Assembly: GCA_030647435.1 (NCBI GenBank)
Contig: JAUSJX010000078.1
Coordinates: 40,878 to 104,877, forward strand
Reading direction: 5' to 3'
Length of the DNA stretch: 64,000 nucleotides
DNA from: Candidatus Rokuibacteriota bacterium
Lineage (GTDB): Bacteria; Methylomirabilota; Methylomirabilia; Rokubacteriales; CSP1-6
Shown: piece after piece, positions 43,776 to 52,459 of the stretch
Layout of the letters: each line of letters begins with the position of its first letter
How positions within the stretch are numbered: position 1 is the first letter of the stretch
Notes under the pieces: model-generated
What the model saw: the letters and a program-made list of their open reading frames with translations, nothing else
Told to the model about the DNA's origin: nothing
Database searches by the model: none
Position numbers and translations under genes: made by a program

Positions 43776-44072
43776 ATGAAGCACGCAGAGCGACCCGGTC
43801 TCCATCGCTGGTCCCGCCGCGAGTACGGGTTGATGATCGACCACGGCCTCCTCGACGGCCTTCTGCTCGTCAAGGAGCCCCAGCACAGCCCGCACCGGAC
43901 GGAGGTCTGCGTCGTTCGCCGCTCGCCGCGTGACTACCCCGCCGCGCATCCGACTCGCCCGGCGCTCATCGCCGAAGTCGCGCTGCCGGTAGGCCAGCGT
44001 GAGCACCAACTGGCGCACCGGGACGAACGGAATCGCTTCGCCCACGAGGTGGACTGCGGGATGCCCGGTTGA
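43776..44072 (+). pseudogene. Truncated and internally deleted Uma2-family paralogue
   Basis: HRWSRREYGLMIDHGLL and SPRDYPAAHPTRPALIAEV match the ends of the Uma2 protein at 37781-38368, but about 40 central residues and the C-terminus are missing. Confidence 0.45.
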
Positions 44073-44123
44073 GGTACACTTCACTGGGTCGCGAGAAAGA
44101 AACCCAGAGGGAGGACTTGAGAC

Positions 44124-46025
44124 TTGGCACTCACCGCCACCGTCTATCACGTTGACCTGAGCCGCGGCACCATCGAGACGAAGACCCTGCCCGAAGACAT
44201 CTACCGCAGGTACCCGGGTGGAAGCGCGCTCGCCGCGTACCTCCTCCTGAAGTCGATTCCCGCCGGCGCCGATCCGCTCGGCCCCGACAACGTGCTGGTC
44301 CTGGCCGTGAGCCCGCTGACCGGGCTCGCGATCTCGGGGCAGAGCCGGATGACCGCGTGCGCGCGCTCGCCGCTCACGGGCGCCATCGGCGACAGCCAGT
44401 GCGGCGGCTTCTTCCCCGCCGAGATGCGGGCGGCCGGCGCCGACGCCATCGTCTTTACCGGACAGGCCAAGGAGCCCGTGTACCTCTGGCTCAACGACGG
44501 CAAGGCCGAGCTACGTCCCGCCAAGCACCTCTGGGGCAAGGTCACCGCCGAGGTCGACAGCCTCCTCAAGAAAGAGATCGGCGACGAGAAGGTCGAGATC
44601 GCGCAGATCGGCCCGGCGGGCGAGAACCTCGTGCGCTTCGCCGCGATCATGAATATGGTCAATCGCGCCAACGGCCGCACGGGCCTGGGCGCCGTCATGG
44701 GATCGAAGCGGCTCAAGGCGGTCGTGGTGCGCGGCAGCAAGTCGCCGAAGCCGGCGGTGCCCGAGGCCTTCCGCGGCCTGGTCAAGCGGCTGAAGGAGCT
44801 GCAGGAGGCGAACCCCGGCATCGTGTGGTTCGGCGAGTACGGGACCGCGGGCGTGCTGGCCATCCAGGACAAGGTCGGCGGTCTGCCGACGCGCAACTAC
44901 AACGAGGGCACCTTCGAGCTGGCCAAGAACATCGACGGGACGACGCTCGCCAAGACCATCCTCAAGGAGCGCGACACCTGCTACGCCTGCGTGGTGAAGT
45001 GCAAGCGCACGGTCGAGGTCCACGAGCCCGGCCTCGACATCGACCCGATCTACGGGGGCCCCGAGTACGAGACCTTGTCCCTCTTCGGCTCCATGTGCGG
45101 CGTGGGCGACCTCAAGCTCCTCTCCAAGGCCTCGGCCGACGCCAACATGTACGGCATGGATACGATCTCGGCCGGCGGGACCATCGCGTGGGCGATGGAG
45201 GCGAAGGCAAAGGGCCTCCTCGATGACAAGGGGCTGGGCCTGGAGTACGGTGACGGCCACTCCGTCCTCCGCGCCATAGAGGCCATCGCGCTCCGACGCG
45301 GCGCCGGCGATCTCCTCGCCGAGGGCAGCCTCCGCGCGGCGAAGACGCTCGGCCAGGCGGCGGTCGACCTCACCGTGACCGTCAAGGGGCAGGAGCTGCC
45401 GGCCCACATGCCGCAGGTCAAGCGCTCGCTGGGCCTCATCTACGCCGTCAACCCCTTCGGCGCCGACCACCAGTCCTCCGAGCACGACTCGGCGCTGCGG
45501 GCCAAGCCCGGCACCCTACAGAACCGGCGGCTCGAGGAGCTGGACATCGCCGCCAGCCTGCCGCTCACCGATCTCTCGGACGCCAAGGTCCGCTTCGCCT
45601 TCCGCTCGCAATGCTTCTACTCCGCCCTCGACACGCTCGGGCTCTGCCAGTTCGTCTGGGGCCCCTCGTGGCAGCTCTACGGCCCGGCCGAGACGGTCGA
45701 GCTGGTGCGCGCCGGCACCGGGTGGCAGGCGACAATGGACGAGCTGCTGGAGATCGGCGAGCGGAAGATCAACCTCGAGCGCGCGTTCAACGCCCGCGAG
45801 GGCATGGGCAAGGCCGCCGACGTGCTGCCCAAGAAGCTCTTCCGGCCGCTCGAGGGCAAGGGCCCGAGCGCCGGCGTGGCGCTGACCACGGAGGAGTTCG
45901 AGCACGCGCGCGAGAGCTACTACCGCCTCGCGGGCTGGGACACGGCGACGGGCTACCCGACGCCCGCCAAGCTGCGCGACCTCGGCCTCGACTGGCTCGC
46001 CGACAAGGCGCCCGCGGCGCGCTGA
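44124..46025 (+). CDS. Aldehyde:ferredoxin oxidoreductase (tungsten/molybdopterin AOR family)
   Basis: AOR N-domain and catalytic-domain motifs (GGRGLAAYLL-like, CYACVVKCKR 4Fe-4S Cys motif). TTG start at 44124 after GAGGGAGGA. Confidence 0.85.
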   Translation: MALTATVYHVDLSRGTIETKTLPEDIYRRYPGGSALAAYLLLKSIPAGADPLGPDNVLVLAVSPLTGLAISGQSRMTACARSPLTGAIGDSQCGGFFPAEMRAAGADAIVFTGQAKEPVYLWLNDGKAELRPAKHLWGKVTAEVDSLLKKEIGDEKVEIAQIGPAGENLVRFAAIMNMVNRANGRTGLGAVMGSKRLKAVVVRGSKSPKPAVPEAFRGLVKRLKELQEANPGIVWFGEYGTAGVLAIQDKVGGLPTRNYNEGTFELAKNIDGTTLAKTILKERDTCYACVVKCKRTVEVHEPGLDIDPIYGGPEYETLSLFGSMCGVGDLKLLSKASADANMYGMDTISAGGTIAWAMEAKAKGLLDDKGLGLEYGDGHSVLRAIEAIALRRGAGDLLAEGSLRAAKTLGQAAVDLTVTVKGQELPAHMPQVKRSLGLIYAVNPFGADHQSSEHDSALRAKPGTLQNRRLEELDIAASLPLTDLSDAKVRFAFRSQCFYSALDTLGLCQFVWGPSWQLYGPAETVELVRAGTGWQATMDELLEIGERKINLERAFNAREGMGKAADVLPKKLFRPLEGKGPSAGVALTTEEFEHARESYYRLAGWDTATGYPTPAKLRDLGLDWLADKAPAAR

Positions 46026-46034
46026 GACTGGCCG

Positions 46035-46871
46035 CTAAGCGAGAGCGTCCCAGCAGAGGCGGGACATCCTGCCGATGAGCTGGTAGGCGGCGGCGAAGCC
46101 CGGCGTGCCGTCGGGGAGCGCGGCGGGCACGCGTTCCGTGTACGCGGTCAGGATGAAGAGCGGCGCGGCATCCTTGTAGATGATGCCCGCGTCCATGAAG
46201 CCGCGCGATCCCGTCCCCGTCTTGTGGGCGACCCTGGTGCCGAGGGGAAGCTGGGACGGCAAGCGGGTCTTCAGCTTCTGCCAAGACAGGATGTCGAGCC
46301 CCAGGCGGCAGAGCTCGGGCGTCGAGCCGAGCTTGGCGGCCGCGGACTTGTCGGAGGCGCCGCGCAGGATCATCTCGAGTAGCATGCCCTGGTCGTTGGG
46401 CGTCGTCGTCGTCACCTGCTCCAGCGTGTGGTCGGGCCCGAGCCGCGGCGGGATGCCGAAGCGGTGGATGGTCCGCGTCATGCCGGCCGACTCGCAGAAG
46501 CTCTGCACGTTCCCGAGCCCGACCAGATCGACCACGGTGCCGGTGCACGTGTTGTCGCTGACGATGATCATCTGCACGAGCGCGTCGCGGAAGGTGATCC
46601 AGAAGCCGGGCGTCATGTGCTGGAAGGTGCCCGAGTCGTTGTCCTGGTACTTCGCCTCGATGGTCACCTTCTCGTCCAGCGCGAGCTTGCCGTCGTGCAC
46701 GGCCTTGAGCGCGGCCATCAGGATGGAGATCTTGCGCGTGCTGGCCGAGGGCACGGGCACGTCGCCGAGCCGGTTCGCGATTTTCCCCGTCTTCAGGTCC
46801 TTGAGATACCAGCTGGTCTGAAACGGCAGGGCCTCGCAGAGGGCGTTCATCTGCTTGACGAGAGCGTCCAT
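46035..46871 (-). CDS. Class A beta-lactamase-related serine hydrolase, no signal peptide
   Basis: The S-x-x-K (ASTRK), SDN (VSDNTC) and KTG (HKTGTG) triad motifs are in the correct order. The N-terminus MDALVKQMNALCE is not hydrophobic. Confidence 0.7.
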   Translation of the reverse strand: MDALVKQMNALCEALPFQTSWYLKDLKTGKIANRLGDVPVPSASTRKISILMAALKAVHDGKLALDEKVTIEAKYQDNDSGTFQHMTPGFWITFRDALVQMIIVSDNTCTGTVVDLVGLGNVQSFCESAGMTRTIHRFGIPPRLGPDHTLEQVTTTTPNDQGMLLEMILRGASDKSAAAKLGSTPELCRLGLDILSWQKLKTRLPSQLPLGTRVAHKTGTGSRGFMDAGIIYKDAAPLFILTAYTERVPAALPDGTPGFAAAYQLIGRMSRLCWDALA

Positions 46872-46899
46872 GGTGGTCTCCTCGGGAAAGGTTAGTAAA

Positions 46900-47793
46900 T
46901 CACGACGCCGGCCCCACGAAGCCGATGTAGGCGCCGCACGCATGCTCCGGTCCCACCAGCATCGCTTGCTCGCCGGTGTTGCGGACGCCGCGGACGGGAG
47001 GCGGCACGCCGTGGTCGGCCATCCAGCGGGCGGCGGCGTCCATGCTGCTGGTACGGTACAAGACCTGGAACGGTCTCGGCCCGCGCCGGCCGAGCGCCTC
47101 GGCGGCGGGACCGGGCTCGGCGGGCTGGGCCACCGTCAGGCCCGTCGGCCCGAGGTCGAACACCGCCATGTCGGCCTTGATGACCGCGCCACGCTGGATC
47201 GGAGGCACGGGCATGCCAAGCACTTGACCGTAGCTCGCGGCTGAGGCCGCGACGTCTGAAACCGCGATGTACACGCGGTCGGTACGAAGCACGCCGTTGG
47301 GGTGCTGACCTGCGCGCGGCACTTGCGCGCGCCGCTCAGCGAGGGACGTCAGGTGTTGGATGAAAAGCACGGGGAGCGGGTTTCCCTGTCCCAGCGCGGC
47401 CATCTTCCATTGCAGATCCTGTCCGCCCGGGGTCCGGCGCGCGCCCGGACTGGGATCGCTCACGTCGACGCCGCGTTGCCGCATCGCAGCCACGTCGGCC
47501 GCCAGGTCGTCGCTCTGAACGATGACGTAACGAAACCCGCCACCGCCAGAGAGGAAATCCAAGAGGGAGGGCCCCGCGTTGCCAGCGGCCGCTCGCGCCG
47601 CCAGGTACTCATCCCGGTCGCTCACGCTGACCAGCTCCAGGTAGTCCTCACCGTGAAAGGCGATGGCGTTGCGCGTCCCCTTGCCCGGGTGGGCGCCGCC
47701 CGGGTAAATGTTGAATCCGATGCGGGTGTAGGCGTCGATGCCCCGCTCCAGGCTGGCGACGCCGATCATGACGTGATCGATCCGGGTCACCAT
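46900..47793 (-). CDS. VOC-family protein with tandem glyoxalase-like domains
   Basis: IDHVMIGV..E..FY in the N-domain and a second beta-alpha-beta-beta-beta module. Confidence 0.6.
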   Translation of the reverse strand: MVTRIDHVMIGVASLERGIDAYTRIGFNIYPGGAHPGKGTRNAIAFHGEDYLELVSVSDRDEYLAARAAAGNAGPSLLDFLSGGGGFRYVIVQSDDLAADVAAMRQRGVDVSDPSPGARRTPGGQDLQWKMAALGQGNPLPVLFIQHLTSLAERRAQVPRAGQHPNGVLRTDRVYIAVSDVAASAASYGQVLGMPVPPIQRGAVIKADMAVFDLGPTGLTVAQPAEPGPAAEALGRRGPRPFQVLYRTSSMDAAARWMADHGVPPPVRGVRNTGEQAMLVGPEHACGAYIGFVGPAS

Positions 47794-48299
47794 CGCGCCG
47801 ATCCTGCCAGATTGCGACGGCCCGGTCAAACCCGGCCCCGGCGCGTGCTGCAGGGGCAGAGTCCAACCCCGAGACTGGGACGGATTACTGATGGGAGGGG
47901 GCGGGAGCGCGCAGGTCGGCCGCCTCCTCGCTCGCCGCCGACCTGCGAAAGCCTACGATCTGCGGGCGCCAGCGAGCGTGCGGCGCCAGGACCCCCTGGT
48001 AGAGGAGCCAGTGCACCGCGGGCCGCGGCGTCAGCGCGGCCAGCCTCTCCAGGAACTCGGGATACACCAAAAGTCGGCATCCCACGCTTTTCCGCTTGAC
48101 AGCCTCGGCCGGGTGAGTCGGTCTCTCGGCAGCAGCCCTCGGCAAGTGCCGGCCCAGCGGCATGCATCGGTCCACCGGTGCGCGATCGGGCGGGATCCGA
48201 TCGAAAATCATTTCGCGTCCCGGGATCGCCCGGCCCGGGCGCTTCCCGGGGGCTCGAAAATCAGGGTGTAGGGTCACTTCAACAGAAGGAGGGCTCGTT

Positions 48300-49685
48300 A
48301 TGCAGGTCCATTCGCCATCTGAGCTGGACCGGCTCGGCGACGAGATCGCCGAGCTGTCCGCGCACCTCGACGCCGCCACCGCGCGCCTCCTCGCCTTGAT
48401 CCGAGAGTTCGACGCGCGCGGGGGATGGAACACAGGCTTTCGCTCCTGCGCCGCCTGGCTGAGCTGGAGGGTGGGGCTTGATCTGGGCGCGGCGCGTGAA
48501 CGGGTCCGGGTCGCGCGCGCCCTCGAGACGCTGCCACTCGTCGCCCAAGCCCTTGCCCGCGGGCAGGTGTCGTACGCCAAGGTCCGCGCCATCACCCGCG
48601 TGGCCACGCCGGAGACCGAAGCTCGACTGCTGGCGGTGGCGCGCGCGGGCACGGCCGCCCAGGTCGAGCGGATCGTACGCGGTTGGCGGCGGGTGGACCG
48701 GCGGGCCGAGGCTCGGGAGACCGCGCAACGGCATGCGAGCCGAGCACTTCACCTGCATCAGGACGAGGACGGCATGGTGGTCCTCAGGGGGCGGGTCGAG
48801 CCGGAGGTCGGGGCGGTGCTCGTCCAGGCGCTCGCAGCAGCGCGCGAGGCCCTCTACCAGCGAGCCCGGGCCGAGGCGACGACCGCGCGCCCGGCTGATC
48901 CGACCGAGGACACCCCTACCACGGCCCAGCAGCAGGCCGATGCACTGGCCCTGCTCGCAGAGACGGCCCTCCATCACGGACTCGATCCCGGCGCCCCGGG
49001 CGAGCGCTATCAAGTGGTGGTCCACGTCGACGCCCAAGCGCTGGCCGATCCGGATCAGCCGGGCCAGTCCGTCCTCGAGGACGGCGCGCGCGTTTCCGCG
49101 GAAACGTCCCGGCGCTTGGCCTGCGACGCAAGCCGGGTGGTGATGCGCCACGACGACGATGGGCGCCTGGTGGAGATCGGTGCCCGGACCCGGACGATTC
49201 CACCCGCCTTGCGGCGAGCGCTCCACCATCGGGACCGGGGCTGCCGTTTCCCCGGCTGCGGCGTCCGCTTCGGCCAGGGGCATCATCTCCGCCACTGGGC
49301 GCAGGGCGGGCCGACGACGCTTTCGAACCTCGCGCTACTCTGCCGCCGGCATCACCGAGCGGTGCACGAGGAGGGCTACCAAGTCGCGCGCGGCCCCGAC
49401 GGGACTCTCCGATTCCGGCGGCCGGACGGGCGCCCGCTGCCTGAGGTGCCGCCGCCCGCTGCAGTGCCCGGTGATCCCGTCGAGGCTCTCCGCGCGTATC
49501 ACGACTCAATCGGCCTTCACGTCGACGCGCGGACGGCGTGCGCCGGCTGGCTCGGGGAACGGCTGAATCTGACTTGGGCGATCGACGTCCTGCACCCCCT
49601 GGCCCAAGGAGCCCGACCTCGTCGATCATCCGAACGGGGATCGCCGCCTGCCCACCTTTCGACGACCGGAGCGCAGGCGACCTAA
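48300..49685 (+). CDS. DUF222-domain HNH endonuclease, copy 2 (about 90% identical to copy 1, opposite orientation)
   Basis: Same motifs as copy 1. ATG follows AAGGAGGG. About 150 bp of upstream sequence is also shared. Confidence 0.85.
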   Translation: MQVHSPSELDRLGDEIAELSAHLDAATARLLALIREFDARGGWNTGFRSCAAWLSWRVGLDLGAARERVRVARALETLPLVAQALARGQVSYAKVRAITRVATPETEARLLAVARAGTAAQVERIVRGWRRVDRRAEARETAQRHASRALHLHQDEDGMVVLRGRVEPEVGAVLVQALAAAREALYQRARAEATTARPADPTEDTPTTAQQQADALALLAETALHHGLDPGAPGERYQVVVHVDAQALADPDQPGQSVLEDGARVSAETSRRLACDASRVVMRHDDDGRLVEIGARTRTIPPALRRALHHRDRGCRFPGCGVRFGQGHHLRHWAQGGPTTLSNLALLCRRHHRAVHEEGYQVARGPDGTLRFRRPDGRPLPEVPPPAAVPGDPVEALRAYHDSIGLHVDARTACAGWLGERLNLTWAIDVLHPLAQGARPRRSSERGSPPAHLSTTGAQAT

Positions 49686-49860
49686 AGGCCATTATCGGAC
49701 TGGGCCGGCGCCGGCGGGGGCCGGCGGCGGGGTGGCTGGCGCCGAGAGAGCCACTCGTACCGCTTCGGTGATCGCCCAGCCGGGCCAGTCATCAGCGACG
49801 ATCGTGCGCCGGCGAGCGCGGGGCAGTCAGGACGCGTCCTGCAGGGCCGGCCCTGTCTCG

Positions 49861-50853
49861 CTACGGCGCGATGACGGTCTTGGCGCCGTGGCCGGCCGCG
49901 GCGTGGGCGAAGGCCTCGCCGATCCGCTCCAGCGGGAAGCGCGCGGTGATCAGCCGCTTGACCCCGAGCTTCGGCATCAGCGCGAGCGCGCGGCGGAACG
50001 CGGTGCCGCGCCCGAACGCGCCGCCGATCCTGAGCTCGCGGTAGTGGACGTCCCAGAGGTCGAGCGGCAGCCGGCTACCCTTCGGATTCACGCCCACGAG
50101 CTGGAGGTACCCGGTCGCCCGGGTGAGCGCGATCGCTTCGGCGACCAGCTCCGGCTTGCCCACCGCTTCGCAGACGACATCCGCGCCGCGGTCCCGTGTG
50201 AGCGCCATCACGCGATCGCGCAGGCTCTCTCTCGAAGGGTCAACGACCACGTGAGCGCCCAGGCGGCGCGCGATCCGGCGGCGCTCCTCGATCGGGTCGG
50301 AGAGGATCAGGCGCTTGGCGCCCCGGCGGCGGGCGAGCGCCATGGTGAGAAGCCCCATGATGCCGCCGCCGATGACGAGCACCGTCGCCCCGCGCGGCAT
50401 GGCGAACGTCTCGAGCCCCGCCAGGCAGCAGGCGGCGGGCTCAGTCAGCGCGGCCGTTGCCGCATCGAGGCCGCGCGGCAGCGGATGCACGCAGGTCGCG
50501 GGCAGCGCGACGCGCTCGGCAAAGCCTCCCACGCGGACCGCGCGCTGGCACTGCGAGATGTGCCCCGCCTCGCACGCGGCGCACTCCCCGCACCCGTACG
50601 ACGGCTCGCACGCAACCGCACGCCCGAGCAGGCGCCGGCTCACCCCTCGGCCCACCTGGAGGACGACACCGGTGTACTCGTGCCCGAGCACCATGGGTGG
50701 CGTCCACGGGAAGAGCCCCTGCGTCGCGTGGATGTCGGTGCCGCAGATGCCGGCGGCGTGAATCCCCACCACGACCTGCCCCGGCCCGGCCACGGGATCG
50801 GGCACCGCGTCGATCGTGAAGCGGCTCTCGCCGCGCCAAGTGGCAACGTTCAT
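49861..50853 (-). CDS. Zinc-dependent alcohol dehydrogenase (MDR superfamily, threonine/sorbitol-DH-like)
   Basis: GHEYTG catalytic-Zn motif, a structural-Zn Cys cluster (CGECAACEAGHISQC), and Rossmann motif GGGIMG. Confidence 0.85.
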   Translation of the reverse strand: MNVATWRGESRFTIDAVPDPVAGPGQVVVGIHAAGICGTDIHATQGLFPWTPPMVLGHEYTGVVLQVGRGVSRRLLGRAVACEPSYGCGECAACEAGHISQCQRAVRVGGFAERVALPATCVHPLPRGLDAATAALTEPAACCLAGLETFAMPRGATVLVIGGGIMGLLTMALARRRGAKRLILSDPIEERRRIARRLGAHVVVDPSRESLRDRVMALTRDRGADVVCEAVGKPELVAEAIALTRATGYLQLVGVNPKGSRLPLDLWDVHYRELRIGGAFGRGTAFRRALALMPKLGVKRLITARFPLERIGEAFAHAAAGHGAKTVIAP

Positions 50854-51028
50854 GTGGAGATCCTCATGAGAGCATCGACGATACGGGCGCGGATGTCGGA
50901 TTGCAAGACCTTGCAATCATGCATTGCCGATCAGAGCCAGCCGCGACGAACGACCATCTGCTGACCGCCACTTCCGCCCGGCGCTTGTCACAGCGTCCTC
51001 TCACCGTCCTGGTGCCCTTGTTGCCTCC

Positions 51029-51451
51029 ATGGATCCGAAAACCCTCATGGGAACTTTGTGCGGGGCGCTGCTGCTCGTGATTTCCGCCTTCATGCACAAG
51101 CCCGGAATCTCTGGTCCCACGATCCTTTCCGGCTTGCGTCCGCCGGAGGGGGAGATGGGGCAGCCCAAGGGGTTTCCGCCGCTCTACAAGTGGATGCTGG
51201 CGCCGGATCTGGTGGCGGCGCACTGGCTGGGGGCGAAGGTCAACGGCAAGGAACTGGTGGAACCCCTCAACGTGGTGTTCGTGGATCGGCGGTCCAAGAG
51301 CATGGAAGAGGCGCGGGTGGTTCTATCTGAAACCTTATCCGTGGCGGGCTTCCCGAGCCGCACCGGGCATTCGGGGGGCTACTGCGCATTCTATGGATGG
51401 CCGTCTGCATCCGCATCTGCCTTCGGAACCCAACCACGCGTTCTCGGATGA
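51029..51451 (+). CDS. Hypothetical protein with an N-terminal TM segment; possibly continues after a frameshift into ORF 51393-51635
   Basis: It contains a G-H-S-G-G elbow-like motif near its end. The overlapping downstream ORF is in another frame. Confidence 0.3.
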   Translation: MDPKTLMGTLCGALLLVISAFMHKPGISGPTILSGLRPPEGEMGQPKGFPPLYKWMLAPDLVAAHWLGAKVNGKELVEPLNVVFVDRRSKSMEEARVVLSETLSVAGFPSRTGHSGGYCAFYGWPSASASAFGTQPRVLG

Positions 51452-51644
51452 ACCCTTCGAGCTTCCCAACGATCACGGCCGGGTGTTCGGGCCCGTATCC
51501 CTCGAGGGCCGCTTCGTCTTCGTGGCCGCCTTCAGCCGGGAGGGCGTCGCGCCCCTCGACAAGGTGAAGCACCGCTACGTGTCCTTCAACCGCGCCCGGG
51601 ACGCGGTGATTGACGGGGCGTGCCTGCCCCTCTAGACTCGGCGC

Positions 51645-52439
51645 ATGCGACGCAATCGACTCCGGGAATTGCTGCGGGCGGGCCAGCCCTCGATGGGCAC
51701 TCACATCCACTCGGCGTGGCCGGCGGTGGTGGAGCTGGCCGGGCACACCGGCCTCTTCGACTACGTGGAGTTCGTGGGCGAGTACGCGCCCTACGATCGC
51801 TTCGCGCTCGAGAACCTCGCGCGGGCCGTGAAGACGTTCGACCACATGACCGCCATGTTCAAGGTCGAGCAGCAGCCGCGCACCTACCTGGCGGTGCGCG
51901 CCATCGGTGCGGGGATCCAGAACCTGCTCTTCGCCGATCCGCGCACGCCCGACGACGTGCGCGACTGCGTGCGGAGCGTGCGGGCCGAGACGCCCGAGGC
52001 GGGCGGCCTCCACGGGGTGGGCATGCGCCGCGATGTCGGCTACGTCGTGGACGTGGGCTCGCCCGCGTTCGTCCAGGCGCTCGACGACGCGGTGGCGGCG
52101 GTGATGATCGAGAAGGCCTCCGCGGTGGAGAACCTGGAGGCGATGCTGTCGGTGAAGGGCGTCGACATGGTCCAGTTCGGGCCCGCCGACTACTCGATGA
52201 GCATCGGGCTCGCGGGACAGTGGAGCCACCCCCGAGTTGTCGAGGCCGAGCGTCACGTCATCAAGACCGCCCTGCGCATGGGCATCGCGCCCCGCGCCGA
52301 GATCTCGCATCCGAGCGAGGCCAAGGCCTATCTCGACCTGGGCGGGCGGCACTTCTGCATGGGCTGGGACATGAGCATCCTCTTTGATTGGTTCAAGAAC
52401 GAAGGCCGGACCCTGCGCGATCTGCTGGGCGGGGGCTAG
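51645..52439 (+). CDS. HpcH/HpaI-family aldolase (2-keto-3-deoxy-sugar-acid aldolase-like)
   Basis: TIM-barrel HpcH motifs (GTHIHSAWPAVVE...VDMVQFGPADYSMSIG). Confidence 0.8.
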   Translation: MRRNRLRELLRAGQPSMGTHIHSAWPAVVELAGHTGLFDYVEFVGEYAPYDRFALENLARAVKTFDHMTAMFKVEQQPRTYLAVRAIGAGIQNLLFADPRTPDDVRDCVRSVRAETPEAGGLHGVGMRRDVGYVVDVGSPAFVQALDDAVAAVMIEKASAVENLEAMLSVKGVDMVQFGPADYSMSIGLAGQWSHPRVVEAERHVIKTALRMGIAPRAEISHPSEAKAYLDLGGRHFCMGWDMSILFDWFKNEGRTLRDLLGGG

Positions 52440-52459
52440 CCCGCCCGGGCGCCGCCTTC

